64,000 nucleotides of DNA, taken from positions 6,696,001 to 6,760,000 of the forward strand of contig OZ024756.1 of assembly GCA_964016885.1 (NCBI GenBank), in the 5' to 3' direction. Position 1 is the stretch's first letter; every line of letters starts with the position of its first letter. This document shows, piece after piece, positions 38,045 to 50,739 of this stretch. The translations under genes were made by a program, and so were the position numbers. The notes below the pieces were generated by a model that saw only the letters and a list, made by a program, of their open reading frames with translations, ran no database searches and was not told where the DNA came from. The stretch comes from Eledone cirrhosa. Its lineage: Eukaryota.

Positions 38045-39189
38045 ATATATATATATTACACACACAGAAATGTATATATATTTCTGTGTGCGTATATATA
38101 TATATATATTACACACAAAGAAATGTATATATATTTCTGTGTGTATATATATATATATTACACACAGAAATGTATATGTATTTCTGTGTGTATATATATA
38201 TATTTCTGCGTGTGTATATATATATATATATTACACACACACAGAAATGTATATATGTTTCTGTAGCACTCCTCAATCCCCCCTCTCTCCCTCCCGCTAC
38301 CCCCCTCTTGTAGTCTGTCACTTTCTTTCACTCTAACTTTCTCACTCTCTCTCTACGCATGCGCAAAAAACATTCACACGCGCGCACGTGTTTCCACTGT
38401 CGGAGAGACAGACAGAGAAATTGCTGGTTATATGTTATAAGGATATAACATACCAAAATTGAAATTTCCGTTTAATGGGGAAAAATATCGCAGTGGACGT
38501 TGTGTCGTTATGACGTCTGTTATTGTTGGTAATGTCATCAATTTTTCAAACGGCATCTTTCTTTATATTCCTTCATTGAATGAATGAATATAAATCTAAA
38601 GTCTAAATCGGAAACTTTAAATATCAGAAATACGAATTGATCCAATAGAGATTGAGAAGGCATTGTGTATTTCTTATTGGAATTTTATTTTTCAAACTTA
38701 AATATTTCAATTGAGACCAATCCAACGAATGATCCATCATAAACTATTGAACTGTACAGAGAAATAGATTTGCAGTATAAATTATGAGCAGAGATTTTGT
38801 CGATCTAATCATAGACAATTTTATTGTCCGAAAAATAATCAAATACGCAATATGGAATGCTCTGAAAGACAAAGCGAGAACTATCTTCAAAATAATAATT
38901 ATAATTGTGCTAGTAGCACCCCAAATACGGGACAGGAATATAATATGGAGATTCAGAACTGTTTTGATATCATGCTTTATTATTATCGGTATAACTTTAA
39001 TCATGAATTGTATAAGTATATTATATTGTCCAGAATATTCCTGGTTTTATAATATATTCAGTATCTTTCGAAGGACATACTATCTGTGTCAGTTATTGTG
39101 GGAAATAGGAGCTTATCATGATTAACAGACTTTTACGAATTCTCAACGTTATATATATGTTTGTTGCATTATATGTATATATATATATA

Positions 39190-40112
39190 CTAGCAGAGGT
39201 ACCCGGCGTTGCTCGGATATTAAATAGCAATTGTGTATATCATTTATGTCAATACTTCAGTGCTGCTTCGAAAACTATACTTTTACAAAATCATCGCCTT
39301 TTTCGAAAAGGGGCTTCCTGCCCCCAGTCGACCCCAAGGAAGTGGTTAAAGGGGTTATCTGCCGGGGGACCCTATAATCAATATATGGAAAAATGACAGT
39401 GCCCATGACTATCCGGAGTACGTAAGTAACCTATGTCTTAAGTTTGGTGAAAATACTGTAGAAATGCATAAGGTTTATACATACGCACGTGCGTTCGTGT
39501 GTGTGTGTGCGTGGGGGGGGGGGTATGTATTTGTGTGTGCGTATGTATGTGTATGTCCGTCGTGGCATACGTATGTACTGGCCTAAATCTTCAATATTTA
39601 CTTTTACTATTTTCATAACCTCTGTCATTTTCGTTTTCAATTTTATTTACATCATTCTTAAACTCCGGGGCTGGAAATCATTCTGTTATTTTAAATAGAA
39701 TATTAGTCTAACGACTCCATTTATACCATAAACTTGGTCTTGTCTTTGCATGAAATTGTTCTTCATGGTCCACATAACGACGTATTATCCTCGCTTTTTC
39801 CCCGTTCATTGCCAGGGAACGTCTTCACGAACCAAAATATCATCTTCCTGTTTTCGTTCGGTTTCAACGTTTCTCGAAATAATTACTTCTGCATTCACAG
39901 ATTACTCTCAGTTCAATTTGAATGGGAAATTCCTATTTCATCGATTTCCTCCGTAACCATGGAAGATTGTAGCTTGAAAGTTGACCCAACGCCTCCTCGG
40001 GTCATTCTGCATAACTGTGGAAATATTCGCTGCATTCCACCAAGCCGTTTCGACGTTTATCCGACTACACCTACATATACAGCGTCCGACCACTTCCAAT
40101 TTATATAGTAGA
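39190..40112 (-). mobile_element. Non-autonomous Helitron (copy 2, internal deletion of ~140 bp)
   Basis: Same termini and body as 31934-33020. Confidence 0.8.
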
Positions 40113-41020
40113 TTTGTTTATATATGAATGACGAAAAGAAAAGTACAAAACTATACATGAATGGTTTCTACTAAACCTTCAATTTAAGACACAACCTACA
40201 TCTTTGATAGGACTCCAGCTCAATTTTTCTACTTCTTCTTCTTCTTTTGCTCCCCCTGGAACAATGGGCTGCTAGCCATCCCCACACAACGCCATGTTCT
40301 GAGTCTGCTTTTCAACTCCACCGTGATGCACGGTGCGTCATGGTGTATCTAACCATTTTTTTAGGTCTTACTACGGCTGATTTCTTCCAGAGAGAAAGAA
40401 AGAGATGGAAAAAATGCTGAGAAGATTCATCCCCGGAGGAATAATAAAAAATGTTTACACTGCACATTTCATTTTATCAAAGCTAAAGCTGCCGATCCAA
40501 AATCAGTAATTCAACCCCCTGAAAACTTTCAAATATATGCTGTTCTAGCATGAATATTATGCTTAGGATAAGCTGTCCACAAAGTAAGATTTACTTGCAT
40601 ATCCCCGCTCATATAAACACATAAATACATGCATACATACATTACAGTTGATATTTTTTTTTATTAAAGCGTTTTCATATTAAATATATATATATATATA
40701 GTGACGAAACATCCGTCAATTGCATGAACTCATAATCCTTTATTTACTGCTTTATTTGTATGAAATTGTAAATAAGACAAAAGTATTAGAACAGGGGGAA
40801 ATAACTCACCGAACGCGATACTTTTAGGGCCCCAGGTGCCATATTTTTCAAGTTAGAGATTTGAAACCTCATCTATTTGCTGCCTTGGCACATTTTACAT
40901 AGGTGTGTACATTTTCATGTCAGTCCGACCACGTCTACTACCATTTAACCGTTCACATCTGAATTTCAACCACCACGCATTTCACAAATATATATTAGTT
41001 ATATATATATATATACATAT

Positions 41021-41116
<96 letters not shown>

Positions 41117-41376
41117 GTGCGTGTGTGTGTGTGTGTGTTTATGTGTGTTTGTGTGTGTTTGTGTGTGTGTGTGTAATAATTAATATAGAAATGGCTTCTA
41201 CAGGACTAGAACTGTTTCATTCGAAGGAAATCAAATGTTAATTCTGCCGAGTCTGCACTTGTGTGTATGTCTGTATGTATGTATTATGTATGTATGTAAG
41301 TATGTATGTATGTGTTCCTGTATGTATGCATACATGTATGTGTTCATGCACATATGTATGTATGTGTGTATGTCAC

Positions 41377-41980
41377 GTCACCAGTTAGTGCTACTGGTAA
41401 CATGCATCCCAGTACAACCTGTCCCATGGTCGGGTCGTTGGCGACTAAACAGGCAACCCCACCAAGATTTCTTGTTGAGGAGGGTGACTTTGGACATCCT
41501 GCAGGACTAAAAACAAAACTTGTCAAAGGAAAACGGAACTCTCAAGAGTCAATAGCCATCCAAAATCACCGGGAGAGATGACCCCTTAACCTTTGTCAAG
41601 GCAGAATTCTAGGAGAAGGAAAACTCTGACATAACACCTGCAACCCTGATGGTATCCAATGATGTTGACTTGTTCTTCTTTTTGGTAAGTATCATCTTGG
41701 TTAAGAGAGTGGGACTGGCTTTGTGCAGTGCCTTTGCTCACTATAAAAGCTTCACGGCACAGGCATTACTTTATATCTGGAGATCTCTCTGCACTTGTCG
41801 TCACATGGTACCATGGGCCCAGCACTATGTGTCAATAATTGTCACAAATGTAATGTTTGTACCAGAGTTTTCAAGTCACTGGCTGGACTAAAAAGTCACA
41901 CTCGTTCAACGCATCGGTAGGGGCTCTCCTACATGGATATAAATTGTGGCCGTACTCGAAAACGAGTTGGCAGCCACCAT
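41377..41980 (+). mobile_element. Non-autonomous bipartite RTE-derived element (5'-UTR-like part plus 3' end with C2H2-like finger)
   Basis: aggagaaggaaaactctga RTE-type leader motif; 3' part encodes CHKCNVCTRVFKSLAGLKSHTRSTHR*; second copy at 53295-53896. Confidence 0.65.
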
Positions 41981-42439
41981 GTGTGCATGTATGTTCTTCT
42001 GGTTTTATAATTTTATAAATGTTTACCATCAGAGAGAGACAGGGAGCCGGTTTCTAACATAGACACAAGACTCTCTCATTCGAATTTACACAACATCAAC
42101 TAGGTAGATTATGTATATATGTCTACATGCATGCATGTGTGTGTAGATATGGATGTTATTGTATGTGTGTATGTTTTGAGTTGTGTATGTGTGCATGTAT
42201 ATATGCTTTGCATTTGTACATGTGTATATGAGGTTATTAGTTGCAATATTTTGGGAATGTTTTACATATTTTTACTGTTCCATTAATGGATTGTACTTGT
42301 AACTTTCAAACTAGTTGTGTTCTTTCTGTTTCTGTGAAGCCTAGCTTCTCAAGTTTTGTCACGCAAATATATGTATAAATGTGTAAGTAATGTGTTTATA
42401 TAAGTATGTATACCTAAAAAGTCTAAAGTCTGTCTTAAG

Positions 42440-42670
42440 CCTGAAGACTCATTTAGCCGGTGCTTATCCTAGCGTGAAGCGACTGGGAGTCCCCCCCCCC
42501 CTCCGCTGGTAGGATGCCATTCCATTGCAGGGTTAAATCCCAGCTATTACTGGTACTCATTTTCAGCTGAATATACTGGAGCAACGTGAAAGGGAGTGTT
42601 TTGCTCAAAAACACAACACACAACCCAGGAATCGAAACCACGACATTATGGAGGCCATGTGCCTCCACTA
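42440..42670 (-). mobile_element. tRNA-derived SINE (second family)
   Basis: ctggagcaacgtgaaa...ttgctcaa..acacaac...ggaatcgaaacc. Confidence 0.75.
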
Positions 42671-42938
42671 GTATGTATGTAAGTATGTATATATGTGAAT
42701 ATACACGCACACAAATCCACAAACACATATATAACAAATACACACAGAGACAACACAAAAACTTGCTGCTATAAATTCATCACAGATTCTCAGCACACAG
42801 AGAAGACCTTAAACAAATGAAACTATCGCAGCCCAAACATCCGTACATCACAGAATTAACACGTTGGTTCAACAGTAAGAAACAACAACTTCAGCGTTTA
42901 TCATGTCTTTATGTTATCTCTGCCTCCACCAACCATCG

Positions 42939-43340
42939 CTTCACAATATTTATACTGGTTCCCAAGAACTGACCTCCGTCGGTTTTTGACAACGAGCGTT
43001 TCAGTTGACAGACTGTGTGTCGAGCTTGGACCTTGTCCAACAATCTCTTCACAATATTTATACTGGTTCCCAAGAACTGACGTCCGTCGGCTTTTGACGA
43101 CGAGCGTTTCAGTTGACAGACTGTGTGACGTGACTGGACCTCGACTAACAATCTCTCCACAACATTTATACTGGTTCCCGAGAACTGACCTCCGTCGGTT
43201 TTCGATGATGAGCGTTCCAGTTGACAGACCGTGTGACAAGCCTAGACCTTGACTAACAATCTATCTCTTCACAATATATATTCAGGGTGGTAAGAATTCA
43301 CCTCTGTCAGTTTTCGGCGATGAGCACCCCAGTTGTTAGA
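42939..43340. repeat. 108-bp tandem repeat, three units plus a diverged fourth
   Basis: Unit starts at 42939, 43047, 43155 and ~43267. Confidence 0.9.
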
Positions 43341-44149
43341 TTAATGGCGTGCTCATTCGCTTTTGAGTGAGGGGGAACTCATCAGATCAGCCCAAGGAAA
43401 CAATGTTTCCATTGGACATCCCATTGCTAATACTATCTATCGGTCGCAACTCCAGGCAGAAAGAGCAACGTGAAATAAAGTGTCTTGCTCAAGGACATAA
43501 CGCATCATCCGGCCCGTGAGTCGAACTCTTCACATTCAACCATCTAACCACTAAGCCATACATATTTGCATTCATTCATACATACAAACACACACATATA
43601 CATACATAAATACATACACACACATATACGTACACACACACATACTTACATTCATACACACACATACATACACACACATGCATACACACACATATTCAAT
43701 CATACATCCATACATAGAAACACACACATACATACACACACACATACATACACACATACATACACACATACATACACACATACATACATAAATACACACA
43801 TTCATACACACACACACATACACATACATACATACACATACATACATACATACATAGATGCATACATACATACATACATACATACATACATACATACATA
43901 CATACATACACACTTAGCTCAGTGCTCCCTGAGAATGCATTTTTGTACGTGACCTTTTCCACCTGACAGAGTTAAGAAAGATCAGAACGTCATTTGCTTC
44001 AGGAAAACAACTAAATTGGGAGAAAGAGGGGGAGTATAGGGGGGGGGGTAAGGGGAAGGTGGTGAGCGATATATATATATATAGAAATAGAGAGAGGGGG
44101 GATAGTGGAGTAAGAGAAAGAGGGAGGGAGAGAGAGAGAGTTATATATA

Positions 44150-44468
44150 TACAATCGACTGACAGGAAGGTATACAGTGCTGATGACAGCTAAATAAGCT
44201 AGAAACTAGTCCATCGTTCCTTTGTCAATGTTGAACAAAATGGCAACGATGGTTGCCGAACACTGTACGGCTTAATTCGGGCTGTTTGTTTACAAACAAA
44301 CCGAGCATTATAATAAATGTTCGGTAAACCCATACGTGCATATATATATGTGTGCATGTATGTATATACATACTAGTGTACGTCTGCATACATATATGTA
44401 TGTACGTATACATACTTATATTTAAGTATCAGCCATACTAAGAGTGAGAATGAAATTTTATTTTTTCC

Positions 44469-44475
<7 letters not shown>
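44150..44475 (+). mobile_element. Family C hammerhead element, single diverged copy
   Basis: Colinear with 22610-22836 and 27386-27655; ends ttttttccattt before (TA)n. Confidence 0.75.
44174..44217 (+). ncRNA. Minimal type I hammerhead ribozyme (family C, GUC triplet)
   Basis: acagtg-CTGATGA-cagct aaata agcta-GAAA-ctaGTC-catcgt. Confidence 0.75.
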
Positions 44476-44557
<82 letters not shown>

Positions 44558-44598
44558 ATATAACGAGGAAATTAAAAGATGGTTAAAAAAGTTCCATA

Positions 44599-44666
44599 TA
44601 TTTTGTTATGCGCATTTCGAAAACAACATCAACCTGCGACGAAAATTGTGTTCTCATCAGATAAAA
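44599..44666 (-). ncRNA. Minimal type I hammerhead ribozyme (family A)
   Basis: Reverse complement: ttttat-CTGATGA-gaacac...gttttc-GAAA-tgcgcata-acaaaata. Confidence 0.7.
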
Positions 44667-45494
44667 TTAGAAAACATGATATGAGGCCTAAAAAAACACT
44701 TGTGAACAATAAAGTGTCCAGTCAACATATGACAAAAATATAAGAGAAGAGAAAAACAGGAAAAATGAAGAAAAGGAAAGAATAAGGAATAAGGAAAAAG
44801 ATATAGAAGAGAGGAAAAAAGAAAGAAAGAAGGAGGAGAGAGAAAGAGAAAGAGAGAGAGATACTTATGATCGGGAACGCTGTCAAAAATGAAAAAAACA
44901 ACTATGAATAACGGCTAAAAAAGTATAATAATAGAAATAAATAAATAAATAAATAAATTGATGAGGTGAATGTGCTATTATACAAATATTAGATGTCTAG
45001 AATAAAGAAACTGGGTATATTATTTAATAGTGAGTTTGAATACTAAAAATTGGATTAAGAAATGTAAAAATGTATTAATAAAATAAAAATAAAATAAAAT
45101 AAAATTTAAATTAAAAATAATAATAATTATAAAAAAAAGTTTTTTTAAAAATAAAATAAAATAAAATAAAAAAAATAGAATAAAATAAAATAAGATAGAC
45201 TAGAATAAAAAATAAAAATAAGAATAGTCTATCTATGTAAAAATTAAAAATTACTATTAAAAATTTATATATGTGGGGTATAGTATTTGATTATTATTTT
45301 ATATCAACAAGTAATTAAAGGAAATTGCTAGAAAGGTTTATAAATGTAGAAAGACATATGACGTCATAGATTGTTTACAAAATTGTTTACAAAAAATTTT
45401 TCCTATTTTTTACTCTTCTCTTATATTTTTGTCATATGTAGACTGAACACTTTCTTGTTCACAACTGTTTTTTAGGCCTCATATCATGTTACCT

Positions 45495-45564
45495 TATTTT
45501 ATCTGATGAGAACACAATTTTCGTTGCAGGATGATGTTGTTTTCGAAATGCGCATAATAAAATA
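45495..45564 (+). ncRNA. Minimal type I hammerhead ribozyme (family A)
   Basis: tattttat-CTGATGA-gaacac...gttttc-GAAA-tgcgcata-ataaaata; right arm of the inverted repeat 44563-45690. Confidence 0.8.
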
Positions 45565-45688
45565 TATGGAACTTTTTAACCATCTTTTAATTTCTTCTTT
45601 ATTTATACTCCAGTTCTACCAATTGTCGAGTGCTACTTATCTGATATATGAATAGTTTTAGTGTTCTACAATATTACTCACCTCCTAC

Positions 45689-45766
<78 letters not shown>

Positions 45767-45948
45767 CAGAGAGAGATTTTGAGTATATGTTGGTTGTATT
45801 GATTTGACACTGAAATTCGTTTGTTTGAATTCATATGATTCCAGTTCCTCAGTGAAAAACAACCCAACCAGGAACTGGGCATATCAGAGTATTGACAATA
45901 TTATACACCTCAACAACATATGTACTTGTCTATACCACACTAATTCGG

Positions 45949-46003
45949 ACTGCCTGAAGAGGTCGCAGTCAAACATGGCTGTCACCGAAATATATATAGC
46001 AGT
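45949..46003 (+). ncRNA. Minimal type I hammerhead ribozyme (family E)
   Basis: actgc-CTGAAGA-ggtcgcagtc aaacat ggctgtcacc-GAAA-tatatata-gcagt. Confidence 0.8.
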
Positions 46004-46048
46004 AATAAACGAAGCTAAATTTTAAACATTTGACTTTTTATTTAACTT

Positions 46049-46097
<49 letters not shown>

Positions 46098-46625
46098 GAA
46101 TAGCTCCTGTTTATTTTAACATGTCTATTGAGCACTCTTATTCGATATGTGTATTTCCACATTTTCCCGAATATTTTTTGCGGATATAGAGGTTATCTCC
46201 CTTGCGTGTGCGTTTCCTCAGCCTGGGTTATGCCTTTTCATTCGTTCGGACTAAAGCTCGTTGAAGAAGTAAATTCCGGTCCGCTGGCTTCTAGAAGTCT
46301 TATATATTTTTATGTGAGCTGATAGAGGGCAGTTTAAGGATTTACAGAAACCCAAGAAGCTAGATTTACCATCTTTATAGCGGGTCCGGGTATGCTTTTT
46401 ACATTCATTTGATTTATTGATTAATTGATATTTTTTCTGAGTGTCCCGAATCTTCCAGATCGCAATTTTTCGGTCGTACGGTTGATTATAGACTTGTTCT
46501 ATGTGTGACGGTATTTTAACGATAGTTATAGCTCTGATTTATCTGAATTATTGAGCCCTCTGCCGCTCATTTCGAATTTTGTTTATCGTGAACTCGTGCG
46601 CCGATTTTTCGATACTCGATTATTC

Positions 46626-46722
<97 letters not shown>

Positions 46723-46827
46723 ATAGGATTGGCTGTGTTGTTGTTATTTAAGGTAACTTAAAATGGAGTGAGAATAAGAACAAAGCAAGAACGGGTGGGA
46801 GTATACAGACATACAAAGAGAAAGAGT

Positions 46828-46869
<42 letters not shown>

Positions 46870-46914
46870 AGAAAGTGACAGAAGGGTAAATAGATAGATA
46901 GATATAGAGAGAGA

Positions 46915-46980
<66 letters not shown>

Positions 46981-47139
46981 GAGTGAAGCTTGACTGACAG
47001 AGGGCGAGTGGGAGAAAGAGAAATAGAAGGACAGACAGATAGATAAAACTAAATAAATAGATGAACAAATATACAAATAAATAAATGAAATAAAATAAAA
47101 TAAAATAAAATAGTTCTAATGTATTATTTGTCTCGTGTA

Positions 47140-47600
47140 AGGCTTCATTTTTCGCTCTCTTTCGCTCATCGCTCTCTTATATTTTCGCTCTCTTTCGCTC
47201 ATCTCTCTCTGATATTTTCCTCTCTTTCGTTCATCTCTCTCTGATATTTTTCGCTCTCTTTCGCTTATCTCTCTCTTATATTTTCGCTCTCTTTCGCTCA
47301 TCTCTCTCTTATATTTTCGCTCTCTTTCGCTCATCTCTCTCTTATATTTTCGCTCTCTTTCGCTCATCTCTCTCTTATATTTTCGCTCACTTTCGCTCAT
47401 CTCTCTCTGATATTTTCCTCTCTTTCGCTCATCTCTCTCAGATATTTTCGCTCTCTTTTGCTCATCTCTCTTATATTTTCGCTCACTTTCGCTCATCTCT
47501 CTCTTATATTTTTCGCTCTCTTTCGCTCATCTCTTTCTTATATTTTCGCTCTCTTTCCTTCATCCCTCTCTGATACTTTTCGCTCATCTTTCACGCGCTG
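47140..47600. repeat. ~27-bp minisatellite (TATTTTCGCTCTCTTTCGCTCATCTCTCTCT)
   Basis: Direct reading. Confidence 0.9.
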
Positions 47601-47895
47601 ATATTTTTTTCTTTCTACGACGAAGTTCGCTGGCGTATGGTCTTGGCTGTATGTATGTATGCATATATATATATATACATATATGTATGTATATATATGT
47701 ATATGTGTATATATATATATGTGTGTGTGTGTGCGTGTGTATGGTGGCCGCTGTATCCGCCATATCATTGATGTCAGTATGAGATGCCTTAAAAATGTCA
47801 TGTGCATCATCACGTAGCAATATTAAGAGCTGAGATTGTCAACTGTCAGATTGTAATATATCTGCGCTATATATCTTTAGCTTTTGTTGTGCGTG

Positions 47896-47931
<36 letters not shown>

Positions 47932-47933
47932 TG

Positions 47934-47969
<36 letters not shown>

Positions 47970-48098
47970 CGTATATATATATATATGTGTGTGTGTATAT
48001 ATATATGTATATATATATATAAATATATATGTATGTGTGTGTGTGTGTATGTTATATATATATATATATGTAATTATATATATATAAAACTATATATA

Positions 48099-48141
<43 letters not shown>

Positions 48142-48880
48142 TAGTATAGTGGATGTTACTGTGGTGTTATTTGCATTATAGATACATTCCAGCACACTTT
48201 CAATGTTTGTAGGTCTTCAAATGTATTAAAAATTTCAAACTTCTCCATTAATTTTGTTTTAACTTCATTTTCTATCTTATTTTCTGGGAATTTTTTTTTT
48301 TGTTCTTTTTCATTCTTACCGCAAAGAATTAGTCAAACACACAATATATACACAAACACACACCTGTGTTCATGTTTGTATATATATATATATGTATATA
48401 TACAATATACATACATATATATATATATATACGCACAAACACACACTTGTTCCTCTGCTAATATACAATCAAGTGAAATCCGTCTTCATATAGGAATGAC
48501 ACCATCAACACACCGCCTATGTCACCATCAACACTCCGCCTATGTCACCATCAACATTCCACTAAAATATGACTGGCAATATCTAATTGCCTTTTAAATT
48601 GTGAATTTTATTATTAGAAATGTAATAGTGATTGTTGGATTTCAATTACAGAAATATCAGTTTTTTTCCTTTTATCTTTTTGCCTCTTCTTTATAACGGA
48701 AGGTTTATTTCAATATAATATAAATTATTTCTAGAAATGTTTGTTACATTTGAAGGCTAGTTAATGTCTACTGAGAAATATGCACAAACATGACTGTGTG
48801 ATTCCAAGTTCGATCCCACTGCCCGGCATCTTGGCTGGGTGAGGGTGTGTGTATATATATATATATATATATACATATAT

Positions 48881-48937
48881 ATGAGATTCCTGATGATTTC
48901 TAAAGAATGAAACAGTTCTAGTCCTGTAGAATCTCAT
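48881..48937 (+). ncRNA. Type I hammerhead ribozyme with a true stem III (family F)
   Basis: atgagattc-CTGATGA-tttctaaagaat-GAAA-cag ttctagtc ctG-TA-gaatctcat; 9-bp stem I; decayed copy on - near 41190-41240. Confidence 0.8.
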
Positions 48938-49016
48938 CTATATTAAAACTTTTATACTCTGCAATATATTGAGTACCTTACTTACTGTGGTTACCTCCGA
49001 TTCGACCCGGAATAAC

Positions 49017-49089
<73 letters not shown>

Positions 49090-49192
49090 CAGTTATATAT
49101 ATATAAACAACCTTGACAGTTGAATATTCGCTGGATATCCACCGTCAAAGTTTTTTTGCATGGTTATGTCATTATATATGAAACAAATTTTG

Positions 49193-49256
49193 TATTTTAT
49201 CTGATGAAAGCGCACCAAGATTGGCTTGGTTTCCCTTGAAATATATATAATAATAT
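49193..49256 (+). ncRNA. Minimal type I hammerhead ribozyme (family B)
   Basis: tattttat-CTGATGA-aagcgcaccaag attgg cttggtttccctt-GAAA-tatatata-ataatata. Confidence 0.7.
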
Positions 49257-49297
49257 AATTATGGTTTTATAAATATAGTTTCCATTTATTAATATAT

Positions 49298-49468
49298 GAG
49301 GTAGAGGGACGGACGCCATGCTTTCCAGCATAGTTACGTCCCTTTACGATCTGAGTTCAAATCCCGCCGAGGTTGACTTTGCCTTTCATCCTTACGGGGT
49401 CGATAAAATAAAGTACCAGTAATGCACTGGGTAATTGCTGGCCTTGTGCCTAAAGTAGAAACAATTAA
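49298..49468 (+). mobile_element. tRNA-derived SINE inserted in a family-B module
   Basis: Family match; flanking attaatatat duplication. Confidence 0.88.
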
Positions 49469-49563
49469 TATATTGAATATTTACTCCAGTAAACTGTTGA
49501 GTGCTCTATATCAGCTATAAACTTTTAAGTTTGTTGGAATCCCAACAAATTAATTTTAACTTC

Positions 49564-49608
<45 letters not shown>

Positions 49609-49632
49609 CTGTGTCTGTATATATATGTATAT

Positions 49633-49902
49633 AAGTCAGCTCAAAAGTGACACAGAGGAGACTGAGGTTGGCTGGACATGCTCACCGACATCCAGAGTTG
49701 ACATTGCACTCAGTGCTCCTTTGGGAGCTCCTACATGGACACACTAGAAGAGGAAGACCAAGGTTAACATATGTTGATGCCCTAAGGACAGACACTGGCC
49801 TGTTGGAGATGCAGGATATGGCAGCGATAATGAGGGACAGAGACCGCTGGAGAGAACTCGTCCATGGATCTCGGGAATGTTACGCCTTAGATAGATAGAT
49901 AG

Positions 49903-49905
<3 letters not shown>
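49633..49905 (+). mobile_element. 3' fragment of RTE-type LINE with (TAGA)n tail
   Basis: Near-identical to 35168-35427. Confidence 0.9.
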
Positions 49906-49987
<82 letters not shown>

Positions 49988-50561
49988 CGAAGGAAGTGTG
50001 GTAAGAAACCAGGTGGACCATAACGCACCAGAGTACTCAATACTCTGGGTAGTAGAGTGGGTAATAAGAAAATGTTTATATATACATATATCTTTATATA
50101 TATAAAACGGAAGATGTCTATGTGTGTGTGTATGATTTTTTCGCATTTTCACATTTCTCTACCGATTTCGATGATTTTTTTCCTAATGTGCTCCAAATTT
50201 ACCAACGATGGTCAACGCGTAATAAACTTTGCCAAGGATTTCCTGCTTCTATGAAAAAAATCAATAAAACTAAATACATGCTGTAATCCTCTCTCTTACA
50301 CGCTTAATTCCTCTCACTACTACCCTAAAAAATCTATGAAACTACATCATGCTGCAATTCTCTCTCTATATATATAGATCACACACACACACATATACAT
50401 ACACATCTAAAGAGAGAAAGGGAGATGTAGAGAGAGAGAGTGAGATAAGTCGTTATACAGAGAGAGGTACAAGACAATTAGAGAGAGAGAATGGCGACGA
50501 ATGCTGGTTCACACACACACACACAAACACATATATATATAAAGAGAGAGAGAGTGAGAGA

Positions 50562-50627
<66 letters not shown>

Positions 50628-50739
50628 CGTTCTTTATTGTTCTCCCTTCTGTAGAGGAAGTGAGAGACAGGGGGTATGAGTGAGAGAGAGCGAGAGAGAG
50701 GGCATGAGAAAAAAGGGAGAGGAGTTGATATAGAAAGAA

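Noticed and set aside
47116-47496. 126-aa charged repeat protein (REMSERERKYK)n
   Set aside because: Translation of a 27-bp CT-rich minisatellite with no support for coding
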